DNA of 63,631 nucleotides, filler included, from Octopus bimaculoides (taxonomy: Eukaryota): NCBI RefSeq assembly GCF_001194135.2. It is 6 parts of 5 records of this genome, joined end to end, with 100 filler letters (N's around TTAATTAATTAA, not from the genome) between each part and the next. Parts side by side here need not be neighbours in the genome. Positions count along the whole stretch, not along the records: positions 35,500 to 56,724 come from NC_068983.1; 5 more parts are not named here. The stretch is one strand, 5' to 3'. Shown one piece after another: positions 35,875-49,619 of this stretch. Numbering within the stretch: position 1 is the first letter of the stretch; each line of letters opens with the position of its first letter. A program made the translations under genes and the position numbers. A model generated the notes under the pieces. The model saw only the letters and a list, made by a program, of their open reading frames with translations. It was not told the DNA's origin and did not search any database.

Positions 35875-36260
35875 TGTTGTTGGCACTCCGTCGGTTACAA
35901 CAACGAGTGTTCCAGTTGATCCGATCAGCGGAACAGCCTGCTTGTGAAATTAACGTGCAAGTGGCTGAGCACTCCACAGACATGTGTACCCTTAATGTAG
36001 TTCTCAGGGAAATTCAGCGTGACACAGAGTGTGACAAGGCTGGCCCTTTTGAAATACAGGTACAACAGAAACAGGAAGAAAGAGTGAGAGAAAATTGTGG
36101 TGAAAGAGTACAGCAGGGTTCACCACCACCCTCTGCCGGAGCCTCGTGGAGCTATAGGTGTTTTCGCTCAATAAACACTCACAACATCCAGTCTGGGAAT
36201 TGAAACCGCGATCCTAAGACCGCGAGTCCGCTGCCCTAACTACTGGGCCATTGCGCCTCC
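35875..36260 (-). mobile_element. tRNA-derived SINE, same family as 23314-23701
   Basis: Reverse complement begins GGAGGCGCAATGGCCCAGTAGTTAGGGCAGCGGAC and aligns by eye along the whole 23314 copy. Confidence 0.88.
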
Positions 36261-36734
36261 ACCTTGTGTATATGTATATATATGCATATATATATATGTG
36301 TGTATATGTATATATATATATATATGTGTGTGTATATATATATGTATACGTGTATATATATATATATATATGTATATGTATATATATATATATGTATATG
36401 TATAGCAATTGAAAAAGTTCATTATAGTTATAAAGATAACATAAACAAGCATAAAAAGGGAGAAAAGATGTTAAAATCAAAATCGGATTTAATACATACG
36501 AACAATTCAAAAGACAATAGAAATATGTAAGAAAACATTATAAAATATAATTAGAATTAAAGTCAGTAAGGAAAGACACATGGAGTAATAGGGAAAATTC
36601 AACCGGATATTTACAGATGAGTTGTAAAAGGGGAAAAAATGATGAGAGAGACGAAAAAGAAAGACATATCAATGTGTATGCAAGTCTATTTGTGTCAGAA
36701 ATATATAAATTAAAATATCTAATAAACAAAAATA

Positions 36735-37100
36735 CCCTACTAGTATCCTTCAATGTAGTCAATCTCTGTTCTAATATCCTCCACAGCCTAGGAATAGAGG
36801 CAATTCAATTCTGGCTAGAGAATTACTTCAATGAACTCCCACATAGCATCAAAAAAGAATTTTAATAGAAGGGCTAAAATTTATCTTGGAGAATAACTAC
36901 TTTGTCTTCAACGCCAACTTCGATCAACATAAATTGGATACTGCAATGGGTATAAGATTGGCCCCCCCTCTTTGCTAACCTAGTCATAGAATATCTAGAA
37001 ATCAGTTTTTATTGTAAGGTACTAGAAAAATATGGCAACCCATTCTCTCTCTACATAGAAAATAACTGGAAGAGGTATATGGATGACTGTTTCATTGTTT
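36735..37100 (+). pseudogene. Penelope-like reverse transcriptase fragment
   Basis: LLVSFNVVNLCSNI...ILENNYFVFN...TAMGIRLAP.FANLVIEYLE...WKRYMDDCFIV, matching PLE RT motifs (GTAMG, RYxDD), with frameshifts. Confidence 0.85.
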
Positions 37101-37879
37101 AGCATGAAAGTATAAAGAGATATGTCCTTGTGTGAAGTAAAGTGTGTGTGTGTGTGTATCCACGGTCATGTGTTTCAGTCTCCATTTGCGTATATGTGCT
37201 TGTCTGTTCATATAACCTATGTACTTACCTATCTGTCTGTATGTTGATCTGTTTAGTTATACATACAGACAGATAGGTACATAGGTTATATGAACAGACA
37301 AGCACACATACGCAAATGGTGATTGAAACACATGACCATATATACAAATACACTTTACTTCACACAAGGATACATATGGAGACATGTGTCCACACATATG
37401 GAGATGCGCATCCATACATACAAACATGGTACATAGTTGCAAAAGTCAAAAGTCAATAAGGAAGAACAGATGTGGTAATAGGGAAAATTCAACCAGATAT
37501 TTATAAATGAGTTGTAAAAGGGAAAAAATAATAAGAGAAAGGAAACAGAAGATATATCAATGTGTATGCAAGTCTATTTGTGCAAAAAATATATAACTTA
37601 AAATGTCTAATGGATATATTTTTTTAAAAATAGTAAAAGATCATGACGAAACAGTGTAAACAAACACGTGTGTAGCATATATAAACATCATATTCACTAA
37701 CAGAAAAATGCCATAGAGAGTTACACATTTATATATTTATATTGAAAACAAAAACAATATTATAATAAGCATCTAGCTAAATAACAAAACTATATTTAAA
37801 ATTGATTTAGTATGTGAACAGTTATGGGTATGAAGCAATGAAAAAATCTAATAACTTAATGTTAAACGTCATAAACAGT

Positions 37880-38472
37880 GACTTGGTAAAAAGGAAAGAG
37901 CTCAACCACAACTGAGAAGGGAATTTCATGGAAAAAAGGTTCTTCTCTCTATCTGGTGGGCTTGATTGCAAAGGAGTAATTCACTTTGAATTGTTACCAC
38001 CTAATGCAACAATCAATGCTCAAGTCTACTATCAGCAATTAGAGTGTTTGAACCAAGCTTTGAAGAAAACAAGACCCACTTTAGTGAATCGAAAAGGAGT
38101 GATGTTTCATCAGGACAATGCACGACCCCACACTGCAAAGATCACATCACAGAAGATCGAAGAGATTGGTTGGGAAAAAATTCCTCATCCACCTTATTCT
38201 CCTGACCTTGCTCCTTCAGACTACCATTTGTTTTGTAGTTTACAGAATCATTTGGGGGACATAACTTTCGCAAGCCAGGAGGAGGTCAAAACTGACATTT
38301 CAGAGTTCTTCGCTTTGAAACCAAGAGTTTTACGTTGATGGGATTAAAAAGCTTGTAAATAGGTGGAAGGAAGTCATAGATAATCAGAGAAAGTACATTG
38401 ATGATTAAATATAACATTTGATCACTTGCTTCCTATATTCAAAATTCAGACAGAACTTATGGGATGACCTAA
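37880..38472 (+). mobile_element. 5'-truncated mariner (DD34D) transposase with right TIR
   Basis: GVIHFELLP...FHQDNARPH...HPPYSPDLAPSDYHLF motifs; ends GAACTTATGGGATGACCTAA followed by TA. Confidence 0.92.
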
Positions 38473-38706
38473 TAGATAGATAGATATAGATATTCCTTTT
38501 ATGTGAATGTGTTTTGTTACTTATATGTATGTAACTTCCCATACACATGTATGTGTATGTGTGTATATTTTTATGTGTTAGGTGTATACGTATTTATTCC
38601 TTGTGAATTAATAATTTTTTCGTTCGTATATTTTTTCTCTTCTTTCATTTTTTATTATCTCCCCTACACTGGACAAATTTTGAATTATAGATTTTTGAAT
38701 GGAACA

Positions 38707-38752
<46 letters not shown>

Positions 38753-39502
38753 ATTCTCTGTAGTGGTATTTATTGCTGTTGTGATAGTGGTTTTTTCCCT
38801 ATTAAGTTTTTAGATTTTTTCATTGCTTCATAGCCATAACTGTTAACATTCTAAATCAATTTTAAATATAGTTTTACTATTTAGCTAGACACTTATAATA
38901 GTTTGTCGTTTTCAATATAAATATATGTAGATGTAACTCTCTATGGCTTTTTTCTGTTAGTGAACATGATGTTTATATATGCTAGACACACGTGTGTTTG
39001 TTTACACTATGTTCCGTTGCGATCTTTTTCTATTTTTTTAATCCATTAGATATTTGAAGTTATATATTTCTGACACAAATAGACTTGCATACACATTGAT
39101 ATGTCTTTCTTTTTGTGTCTCTTATCATTTTTTCCCCTTTTACAACTCATCTGTAAATATCCGGTTGAATTTTCCCTATTACCCCATGTGTCTTTCCTTA
39201 CTGACTTTTATAAACTTTTGTTGTTGTTCTTCCTTAAATTCTTCACACTGATGAGAATGACAATGCATAACTTTAATTATAATTATTTTTATAATGTTTT
39301 CTTGCGTATTTGTATCTATCAACAATATATGCTGATGTAATGACAGTTTGTGTATAAAGCTTGAAACACATGTACCACGATATCCTTTGTGTTCTATTTT
39401 CAATTTACGTTTAATATATTCCTTCACCTCTGCCACTATCTGGCATATACAGGTGCTTACACTTATCGAGTATTACCTCTAAAATTTACAGTACCTATAT
39501 AT

Positions 39503-39562
<60 letters not shown>

Positions 39563-40444
39563 AAATAACAAGGATGTCCAGATATCAATGCATTATGGCC
39601 GTTTCCATTGGCTCCATTTAATCAATCAATGGAAACATTAGATGAATTTCAAAGAAACCACTTTCCTCAGACATAGATGACTGTAGAGATTTCCAACATA
39701 GAGGATAAACCATTTTTAGCAAATTTATATCAGTAATAGAAACCAGAATAATTACATTCTTTCCTTATGTGGTAGAATTAATTTAAAGAATAATGCATAT
39801 CTTATTAAGGCCTACTATAATTTGGAGAGTAGCAGAGGTGGGGGTCAAAAGATAGGAGTGGTGAGGTAGTTATTTATATATTTTTAAATTTTTTATTTTT
39901 ATTTATATGATTTTATGCAGCATGTAGTCTACAACCATTTAGAATTAAATCCATTGGGATTTGTCAATTGTGTTTTGAGTTGATGGTAATATATCAATTG
40001 ATGTCAGACAATCTCCCTGACCCTTATTTTACTGGGACCATATATCTAGCTTTATCTACATGAAAGGATATGTCTCAGAACTGCTTGTGTGAGAATGACA
40101 GATGGGGAAGAGATGATAACTAGAAGAAGGGGGGACAGGAGTGGCTAATACTTATTTAGATTATCAACTAAAAGTGGGATATAGTGAAAAGCAAAAGAGA
40201 TAAGTAATATAAGCTCTAAGAGTGTGAATTAGAATTGAAGGATATGGGATGTTATAATTCATAACTTGGCAAATTTATTATATTAAATTTAGAAAAATAT
40301 TTTAAATCACTATATAGGAAAAGGATAGAAATTAAACTAAAACCTAACAATGGGATTCTTTAATATATAAGAGAAAGCTCATAAGGCCTTTCCTAAGCAT
40401 ATTGTTAAAGTGGTCATAATAAGACCAATGTTTAATCATGTGCC

Positions 40445-41480
40445 ACATAAGTGGGCTGGTTACACCCCTGGCATAGGCCATGGGTTATGGTCTCACTTGG
40501 CTTGCCGGGTCTTCTCACGCACTGCATATTTCCAAAGGTTTCGGTCACTAGTCATTGCCTCGGTGAGGCCTAATATTCGAAGGTCATGCTTCACCACCTC
40601 ATCCCAGGTCTTCTTAGGTCTACCTCTTCCACAGATTCCCTCAACCGCTAGGGTGTGGCACTTTTCCACACAGCTATCCTCATCCATTCTCGTCATATGA
40701 CCATACCAGCGCAATCGTCTCTCTTGCACACCACAACTGCTGCTTCTTAGGTCTAACTTTTCTCTCAAGGTACTTACACTCTGTCAAGTATGCACACTGA
40801 CATTACACATCCATCGGAGCATACTGGCTTCATTCCTTGCGAGCTTACCCATGTCCTCAGCAGTCATTGCCCATGTTTCACTGCCATGTAGCATGGCTGT
40901 TCGTACGCATGCATCATACAGTCTACCTTTTACTCTGAATGAGAGGCCCTTTGTCACCAGCAGAGGTAAGAACTCTTCCAGGCTATTCTTTTTCTAGCAG
41001 CTACACTTTCAGTGCACCCTCGCCTGCTACAGACTTGGTTACCTAGGTAATAGAAGCTATCAACTACTACTAGTTTTTGTCCCTGGAATGTGGTAGAAGT
41101 TGTTCTCTGCACATTTTCAGTGTTTATTTGCTCCTGAGCATCTGCCACATAAAAAAACTATCTTGCTAGTTAGCCTTCCTTTGATATTGCTGCACCTCTT
41201 ATGTGTCCATAGCTTACACTGGGTACATCTTATAGAGTTGCTACCTACGCTTTTCCTACAGATAGAGCAGGGCCATCTACCTGAAGGGATTTGTGGTTTG
41301 TCTACCTTCCTACTTAGGACTTTGGTTTTAACTAGGTTGACCCTAAGGCCCTTCGATTCTAATCTTTGTTTCCATACCTGAAGCTTCTCCTCTAGCTCTT
41401 ATAGTGACTCAGCAATTAGAGCAAGGTCGTCAGCATAGAGGAGCTCCCAGAGGCATCTGGTCTTGAATCCCTCTGTTATA
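40445..41480 (-). mobile_element. RTE-clade LINE, 3' fragment (RT C-terminus)
   Basis: Minus strand ELLYADDLALIAES...GLRVNL..TKVL and RRLRWYGHMTRMDE...GRGRPKKTWDEVVKHDLR. Confidence 0.9.
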
Positions 41481-42357
41481 GTATATATTAAATCAAAACA
41501 AGGATTATTATCTTCACTACAGGTGGATATGTATAAGATATCGAAAATATGGAATCAAACGTAAGGGGTAAATTGAATTAGAGGTAAGCTAAATGTATAA
41601 TAGAGTACATGCAGAAGTAATTGCTAAACCGATATGTGAATGTAACTATTTATTGAATATTACATGATTAAAAAAATATTAAAATGAAATAATTATTTCT
41701 ACATCAGATAAACTTTTATAAAAGATATTTATGAAAAAAATTATTTATAATTTACAAGTACTAGGAAAAAATTAGGAAAGGATATAAGAATGTATAAAAA
41801 TTTCACATATATTTATAGAATTTTATAAAACATAGTGTGTAATTATAAATATAAATATAATATTGTATTGTATTATTAGTAGACTTATAAAAATTTAATA
41901 ATATATGATATATAAAATTGAAAGGTAAAATATTTTTATATAAAACTTTTTTTATAGAGATTTTATAAGATAAAATATTTCATTGCGAATGATATAAATA
42001 GTATAACAGAGATAAAGAATAAGGATATGTCAAGGTTTGTATAACAAATGCTAATTAAAGAATAAGTAAATTAAGATAAAGATGCTTTTGGAAATGGGTT
42101 TATAAAATATTTGTAAAATATATCAGAGACACTGATTTATGTAGAACAATAACAGTTTCAAGGGGAATATACCTTATACTTAGGGAAGGCACAAGATTTT
42201 AGTAATCCATTGCAAATTTACATATTATAACAATAAGGAGAGAAAATCCTAGGATAGTGATTAACCAGTGGAATTTTTTGGATTATATAATCCTTAATGT
42301 AGATCTAATATCCATGTGTTGACTATATATATATGTGTGTGTGTATAATGTATGTAT

Positions 42358-42425
<68 letters not shown>

Positions 42426-43994
42426 ATGTATGTATATATATAAATACTCAGTATATGATTTAACTTATTAAACACAGTTCAACAAATCCATTCATATTTA
42501 TGTAAATGGAGGAGATTAGATGTTAAAATGGATTATAGTTTTTATTACTCATGTTGCTATACAATTTGTTTCATACATAAGGACAGATATATTCATAAGT
42601 GAAAATGAGTGTTGTCAAAATGTACTTTGGATAAAAACTAAAAAAAGATGTTAGACGTACATAGATTTTCTGTTGTAATGTGTTTGATTGTTCATGGAGT
42701 CATGTATATTTTAAACAAGACTAAAACGATATAAATTGGGTACTGATATATATAATAATATTAAAATATTAAAAGACTGATAGTCTCTCTCTAAATTTCT
42801 ATATATGTGTCTTTAAAACTCCGTAAATGAAATAAATTAACTGGTCAGGCTGTATTTGAGTTAGGATGAGAAATTCAAATAAGGAAGTAAAGAATTTTCA
42901 AATACAAAAAACTAAGATTTATACTAACCATTCATTATCATTACATCTAAGAAATTATTAGAAAAAAATGTTTAATAGTAATCAGTAATAATTTCAGATT
43001 TATAATATTTATAATTAAAGTATTTATTGTAAATAATAGGTCTAATATTCATAGAAAAAAAATAAGTGTAATATGTCACAATTAGTTATCTCCTCTCTCC
43101 TCTCTTCCTCTCCCCTCCCATACCCATCTTCCCCCTCTCTTACATCTTCCCTCTCCTCTCTTCCTCTCCCCTCCCATACCCATCTTCCCCCTCTCTTACA
43201 TCCACCTTCCCCTTCTCCCTCCTCGTCAACACCCCCTCATAAGCTCATCCCACCACACCCCAACACACTCCTACTCTACTTTCCCACTCCACCCCATCCA
43301 ATTCCTTACACCCACCACCCACCCCTACNNNNNNNNNNNNNNNNNNNNNNNNNNNNNNNNNNNNNNNNNNNNNNNNNNNNNNNNNNNNNNNNNNNNNNNN
43401 NNNNNNNNNNNNNNNNNNNNNNNNNNNNNNNNNNNNNNNNNNNNNNNNNNNNNNNNNNNNNNNNNNNNNNNNNNNNNNNNNNNNNNNNNNNNNNNNNNNN
43501 NNNNNNNNNNNNNNNNNNNNNNNNNNNNNNNNNNNNNNNNNNNNNNNNNNNNNNNNNNNNNNNNNNNNNNNNNNNNNNNNNNNNNNNNNNNNNNNNNNNN
43601 NNNNNNNNNNNNNNNNNNNNNNNNNNNNNNNNNNNNNNNNNNNNNNNNNNNNNNNNNNNNNNNNNNNNNNNNNNNNNNNNNNNNNNNNNNNNNNNNNNNN
43701 NNNNNNNNNNNNNNNNNNNNNNNNNNNNNNNNNNNNNNNNNNNNNNNNNNNNNNNNNNNNNNNNNNNNNNNNNNNNNNNNNNNNNNNNNNNNNNNNNNNN
43801 NNNNNNNNNNNNNNNNNNNNNNNNNNNNNNNNNNNNNNNNNNNNNNNNNNNNNNNNNNNNNNNNNNNNNNNNNNNNNNNNNNNNNNNNNNNNNNNNNNNN
43901 NNNNNNNNNNNNNNNNNNNNNNNNNNNNNNNNNNNNNNNNNNNNNNNNNNNNNNNNNNNNNNNNNNNNNNNNNNNNNNNNNNNNNNNNNNNNNN

Positions 43995-44042
<48 letters not shown>

Positions 44043-44573
44043 AGAAAGAGAAAGAAAGAGAGAGATGTGTGTATTTTTCCCTTGTTTACAATTAACACAG
44101 AAAAAATAGATAAACAGCTACCAGAGTAGCAAAATATTACACAAGTAAAAAGGGCATACCACCTTGTTTTTAAAGGTAGAAACTCCGGGTTTATGTGAAG
44201 TAAAAGAATTTGAATAACTCCATTTATATATATATATATGTTTTGTTGTGTCTGGGGAGAGTCATTCTCTTTTAGTGACTTATTTAACACACTCACTACT
44301 CATTTACTTATTTATTTTTCTAAAATTTTTGTTGTATCTTGCAGCCTTTTCAATAGTCTATTGAAAAGGTTGGAAGCCACAACAAAAAATTTAGAATAAT
44401 AAATAAATTACTGGAAAATTTTACTGGTGAGGGTGTAAAATAATAAGGCACTAAGAGGGAATGACTCTCCCCAAACACAACAAAATATGCTTCAACATAC
44501 GAACTCCTATAAAGAATCTTGCGAGCCAAATCTAAAAGCGAAATATATTTATATACATACACATATGTATGCA

Positions 44574-44604
<31 letters not shown>

Positions 44605-44834
44605 GTATGCATATATATACACACACATATATAAATGATTATATATGTGTATGTGTGTGTATATACCTACTTATTCAAACATATGCATGCATATACAGAT
44701 AAACACACATATACATACATAAACTTATATACATACAAAGCATACACGTATACTTTCACATATGTACAATACTATATATAAAAACAGAATAGAGGCATAT
44801 ATAGATATATGTACAATATATACATATATATATA

Positions 44835-45970
44835 ACCGGGAGAACAGTTTTTGTGTGTGGCAGATGCACAGGGGCAATGAACACTGAAGAAGTACAGAAA
44901 AGAGATTCCATCACATGCTGGAGGGGAAAGACTAGAAGTAGTTAATAGCTTCTGCTACCTAGGCGACCAAGTCTGTAGTGGAGATGGTTGTTCTGAGAGT
45001 GTAGTGGCTAGAATAAGAATAGCCTAGGCAAAGTTCAGGGAGCTCCTATTTCTGCTGGCAACTAAGAGTCTCTCACTCAGGATGAAAGGTAGACTGTATG
45101 ATGTATGTGTGTGAACTGCCATTCTACATGGGCCATGACTGCTGAGGAATGCATAGAAATGAAGCTAGTATGATCCACTGGACTTGTAATGTCAGTGTAC
45201 ATACACGACAGAGTGTGAGTGCCCTGACAGAAAAGTTGGACATAAGAAGAACGTGGTGTGCAAGAGAGATGACTGTGCTGGTATGATCATGTGTTACATA
45301 TGGATGAGGACAGCTGTGTGAGGAAGTGCCACACGTTAACTGTGGAAGAGGTAGACCCTGGAAGACATGGGACGAGGTGGTGAAGCATGACCTTCGAACA
45401 TTGGGACTCACAGAGGCAATGACAGGAGACCAAGACCTTTAGAGCTATGCTGTGATTGAGAAGACCTGGCAACTAAAGTGAGATCACAGCCATGGCCAAT
45501 GCCAGTGTTGCATGTCTGGCCCATTTAAGACTACCTTTGATGCGTCGGGTGATATATGCTTGAGAAGACCTGTTGAGTCAAGTAAAACCAAAATCATAGC
45601 TGGCTCCAGTTGCAGTGGCATGCAAAAAGCATCATCCAAACATGGTTGATGCCAGGTCTGCCTGACTGGCTCCCATGCTGGTGGCACATAAAGAGTATTA
45701 TTTGAATGTGACCAATGCCAGTGCCCCCTGACTGGCTCCTGTGCCGATGGCACATAAAAAGTACCATCGGAACATGGCCATTGTCAGTGCCCCCTGACTG
45801 GCTCCCATGCCAGTGGCACATAAAATGCACTATCCGAACATGATCGATGTCAGGCCCACCTGACTGGCTCTTGTGCTGGTGGCACATGAAAAGCACCTTC
45901 TACACTCATGGAGTGGCTGGTGTTAGGAAGGGCATCCAGCTGTAGAAACATTGGCAGATCAGATTGGAGC
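44835..45970 (+). mobile_element. RTE LINE 3' fragment with its tandem-repeat 3' tail
   Basis: Same family as 40445-41480 (LEVVNSFCYLGDQV...WDEVVKHDLR), followed by about five 55-bp units (GACTGGCTCC..GGTGGCACATAAAA) and the AGGAAGGGCATCCAGCTGTAGAAAC tail. Confidence 0.85.
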
Positions 45971-46379
45971 CTAATCTTATATGTGAAACTATATGTGTTG
46001 CATATTTAAAAGAGGATATCTATCAGTATTAAATGGTAATATTTAAAAAATAGGATTGAAGTTTAAGTGTAATATTAAATAATATTATTATTATGCTATT
46101 TTAGATTAATAAAGTGGTATGTTGCCATGTGTTTACATGAAAAAACTTTTTCATCCCTCGTTTTAATTAGGTTCCCTCTCATATTCATTATTTTATACTT
46201 TTCTTCTTTTCTACAGAATTTATTGTTAATTTTGTAAGAAGGTACATATGTTAAAATTTTCCGTTTAATTATGAAGTTGGTATTGTTTTTTTTTGTTTTT
46301 TTTGAGGGTACTGTTCATTTTGTTTTGGTCCCTAAATGTCAATTCATAGTTTGTTATTTGTGATTTGATCCAGTTTTAT

Positions 46380-48150
46380 GTACATCTGATATAATGGTAG
46401 TTTGAAGAATCCTGTGTTGTGATTCTTGCTTGGTATACTACATTTTTTCTTTTACAATCTCTTTTACAAATTAACATACTTTAATGTAAGAGCGTTTTTT
46501 CTTGGTTTTTAGACATTGACTGCCACTTTTAGCATGTAAGAAATCCATATGGTGGTTTTCTCTCCGTGTATCTTTCATACACTATTATATTTAGAAATAT
46601 TTGTCTTCGGACTCTTACTATGCATGCTGGCCACTGGTAAAAAATTATTTGATAATTTTTACCCTTGTATTTATTAAGTTATATATATATATATATATAT
46701 ATTTGTTCATATGATGATATCTCCACAATGTGTTGATGAGAAAAGCATGTAATCGCTACCAATATAGCAAGAGATTTCTCCCCAAAGGTCTAAAGTAGAC
46801 TCCTTAAGGATCGATCTCCTTGGTTATATATCAAATTTAAAATTTAAGAGAGTTTTGACGCTGATATCCATTATTATTGAAATTTATTCCCATGTCAACA
46901 TTTCTGTATAAGGCTATATTTAACTGTCAAATTCAAGTCAAATATATAATTTACCTTACACATCTTCAGGGTAAAAGGTAACGAACAAAAACTAAACACC
47001 AAAAGCATCGTCTCTAAGTCCAGTTCATATTCAAATTTCTCCTTAAATAACTCCTTAAATAAAGGTCTGTCAAAGGGAGAAAACCCCTCATAATATTATT
47101 AATTAATTATAAACAATCACATGTTACAATGGAAATCTATATTGTATTATCTCTAGAAACTTTAGCAAAAAATCACAACTGCTATTGGTAAATTATTCAT
47201 TGATATGGCCTGCCTTAAGACCTAATATTATACTATAATATACTATAATACCTGGTCATACTGCAGTTTATAACTCATTTAAACCAGAGAAGCGTGTGTT
47301 TTGGATAATGGGTACATCTGAGAGCATTATTTGTTAGTTTATTTATCAACTTATCCTTAGAGAATAATATAAAATATAGTTCTAAATTACATAACGAGCA
47401 ATATCTCCTACCTTTGTCATATGGGAAAGACCTTCCAATGATTGACCATTCTAGCGAATATTGCTTTTTTTTCTTCTTTCAGTTCCCAAATGAATTTACT
47501 AAGACTAGTACTTGCTATTTTATCATACTAATTGTTGTAGATATAATTTGTAATAGTTAAATGTGTATATTAGCACGAGATTATATTGGGTATATTACAT
47601 ATTTTGAATAAGATGAAACTAAGAAGTTATTTTATATAAATAAATTAATGAATGAAAATAGATTAATTATAGAAATTTAGCTTAACTTATATGTATATAG
47701 GTATTTTAGTTTATTTAGACTTTATAATTTTCCAGTAAATGATATACTACAGTTAATTTTTTGTTATTCTCACAGCTAAAATACATCTTGTCATTTTAAC
47801 AGTTTAAATACACATTCTATAATTTTATATTTACGCCTTCTTTTCACGTGATATATTTCTTATAAATGCTAAATTCTTTGTATTACATTTGAAATTTTAG
47901 TTTGACAGAAATTCTTTGATAAGTTATGTTTTTATTTTAAGTAATGTTAAATATTTTTCGATTATTTATTGTTAAAACAAGTATTATTCTATATTTATTT
48001 GATATTTTATTACAAGATTAGATGCGTACATTGATTTATTATTATTTTTATTATTATAATTTATTTTAGACCTGATGAGTGACTATATTTTTAGATTGAA
48101 TTGAATTTATTTTAAATGTAGCCACGAAATGCACGTAGCCTTTTAATGTT
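46380..48150 (-). mobile_element. Highly decayed Penelope-like element with adjacent hammerhead-bearing terminal repeat
   Basis: Minus-strand remnant resembling 'W.R..DDAF' near 47000-47030 and the hammerhead at 48068; heavily interrupted. Confidence 0.45.
48068..48141 (+). ncRNA. Decayed PLE-type hammerhead ribozyme
   Basis: AGAC CTGATGA GTGACTATATTT...AAATGTAGCCAC GAAA tgcac GTA GCCT. 12-bp imperfect stem II, one mismatch in stem I. Confidence 0.65.
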
Positions 48151-48272
48151 ATTTGCTATTTATTGATTGTGTAATTTGTTGATTTTTGTAATTGAGTTTT
48201 TGTGGTATATTTGTTTTTCATTGTTGAATTTGTTAATAGTTGGTTTTTCTCTAAATTATTTGTGTGTGTGTG

Positions 48273-48326
<54 letters not shown>

Positions 48327-48639
48327 CACACATATTATCATGTCTGGAGAGAGTTTGATTTTCACTCATTTACTTATTTATTTCTAAAATTTTCATTACG
48401 GCTTGCAAAATTTTCATTGTGTCTTGCAAGATTCATTGAAAATTTTAGGAAGAATAAATACATAAATGAGTGGAAATTGAACCAGTGTGTGTGTGTTAAG
48501 TAATAAGACACTAAAAGAGAATGACTCTCCCCAAACACAATAAAATATGCTTGAACACATGAATTCACATAAAGAATCCTGCAAACCAAATAGAAAAATG
48601 AAATATATACATATATATATATATATATATATTATCATC

Positions 48640-49500
48640 ATCATTTAACATCTGTTATCTATGCTGGTATGAGTTGGACGGTTTGACTGGGCTGGCACGC
48701 TGGAAGGTTGCACCAGACTCCAGTCTGATTTGGCATGGCTTTCTATGGCTGGATGCCCTTTCTAATGCCAACAACTCCGAGTTTGTAATGGGTGCTTTTA
48801 CATGCCACCAGCGAGTATGCCATTTGCATGACACTGTGCTGCATTTACATGCCACCGGCATGACACCAGTGACTTCCACATGACACTTGTATCTACCATG
48901 ACTGCAATCTTCCTCAGGTTGATGGGTCTTCTTCTCAAGCACAACATAATGCCAAAGGTCTCAGTCATTGTCCCTGTGAGGCCCAACACTTGAAAGGAAC
49001 TCAGCCACTTAGCCTCCGTGAGGCCCAGCCCTCGAAAGGAACTCAGTCACTTTGCCTCCATGAGCCCTAACATTCAAAAGATGTTCTTTACGTGCCACTA
49101 GCATGGGTGCACTTGGCTTGACAGGTCCTCTCAAGCACAGCACATTGCCAAAGGTCTTGGCGACAGTCATATCCTCTGTGAAGCTCCAAATTCGAAGATC
49201 ATGCTTCACCACCTCGTCCCATGTCTCCCTGGGTCTATCTCTTCCATAGGTTCCCTCCACAGATAGAGATTAGCACTTCTTTACAAGCTGTCCTCATCCA
49301 TACGCCTAATATGACCATACCAGCACAGCCATCTTTCTTCCTCTTATGCCTAACTTTTCTCTCAAGTTGCTTACACTCTGTTGAACATGCACAGTGACAT
49401 TGCACATCCAGGAAAGCATAGTGGCTTTATTTATTTCAAGCCTACACATGTCCTCGGCTATCATAGCCCATGTTTCACTGCCATGCAGCAGAGCTGTTTG
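48640..49500 (-). mobile_element. RTE LINE 3' fragment and tail
   Basis: LLHGSETWAM...LREKLGIR...WDEVVKHDLR on the minus strand; inverse of the GGCATCCAGCC tail at about 48740-48800. Confidence 0.85.
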
Positions 49501-49619
49501 CACACAGGCATTAAATTTTTTTAAGCATAGCTCAAATGATGGTGCTGTAACTGGCATGGTTGCAAACACAATGAAGCCACACACACACACACCCACATAC
49601 AAGTCTGCCACAAATAACC

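Noticed and set aside
39500-43050. AT-rich stretches around the RTE insert that look like a very old retroelement
   Set aside because: No motif could be read with confidence; left unannotated.
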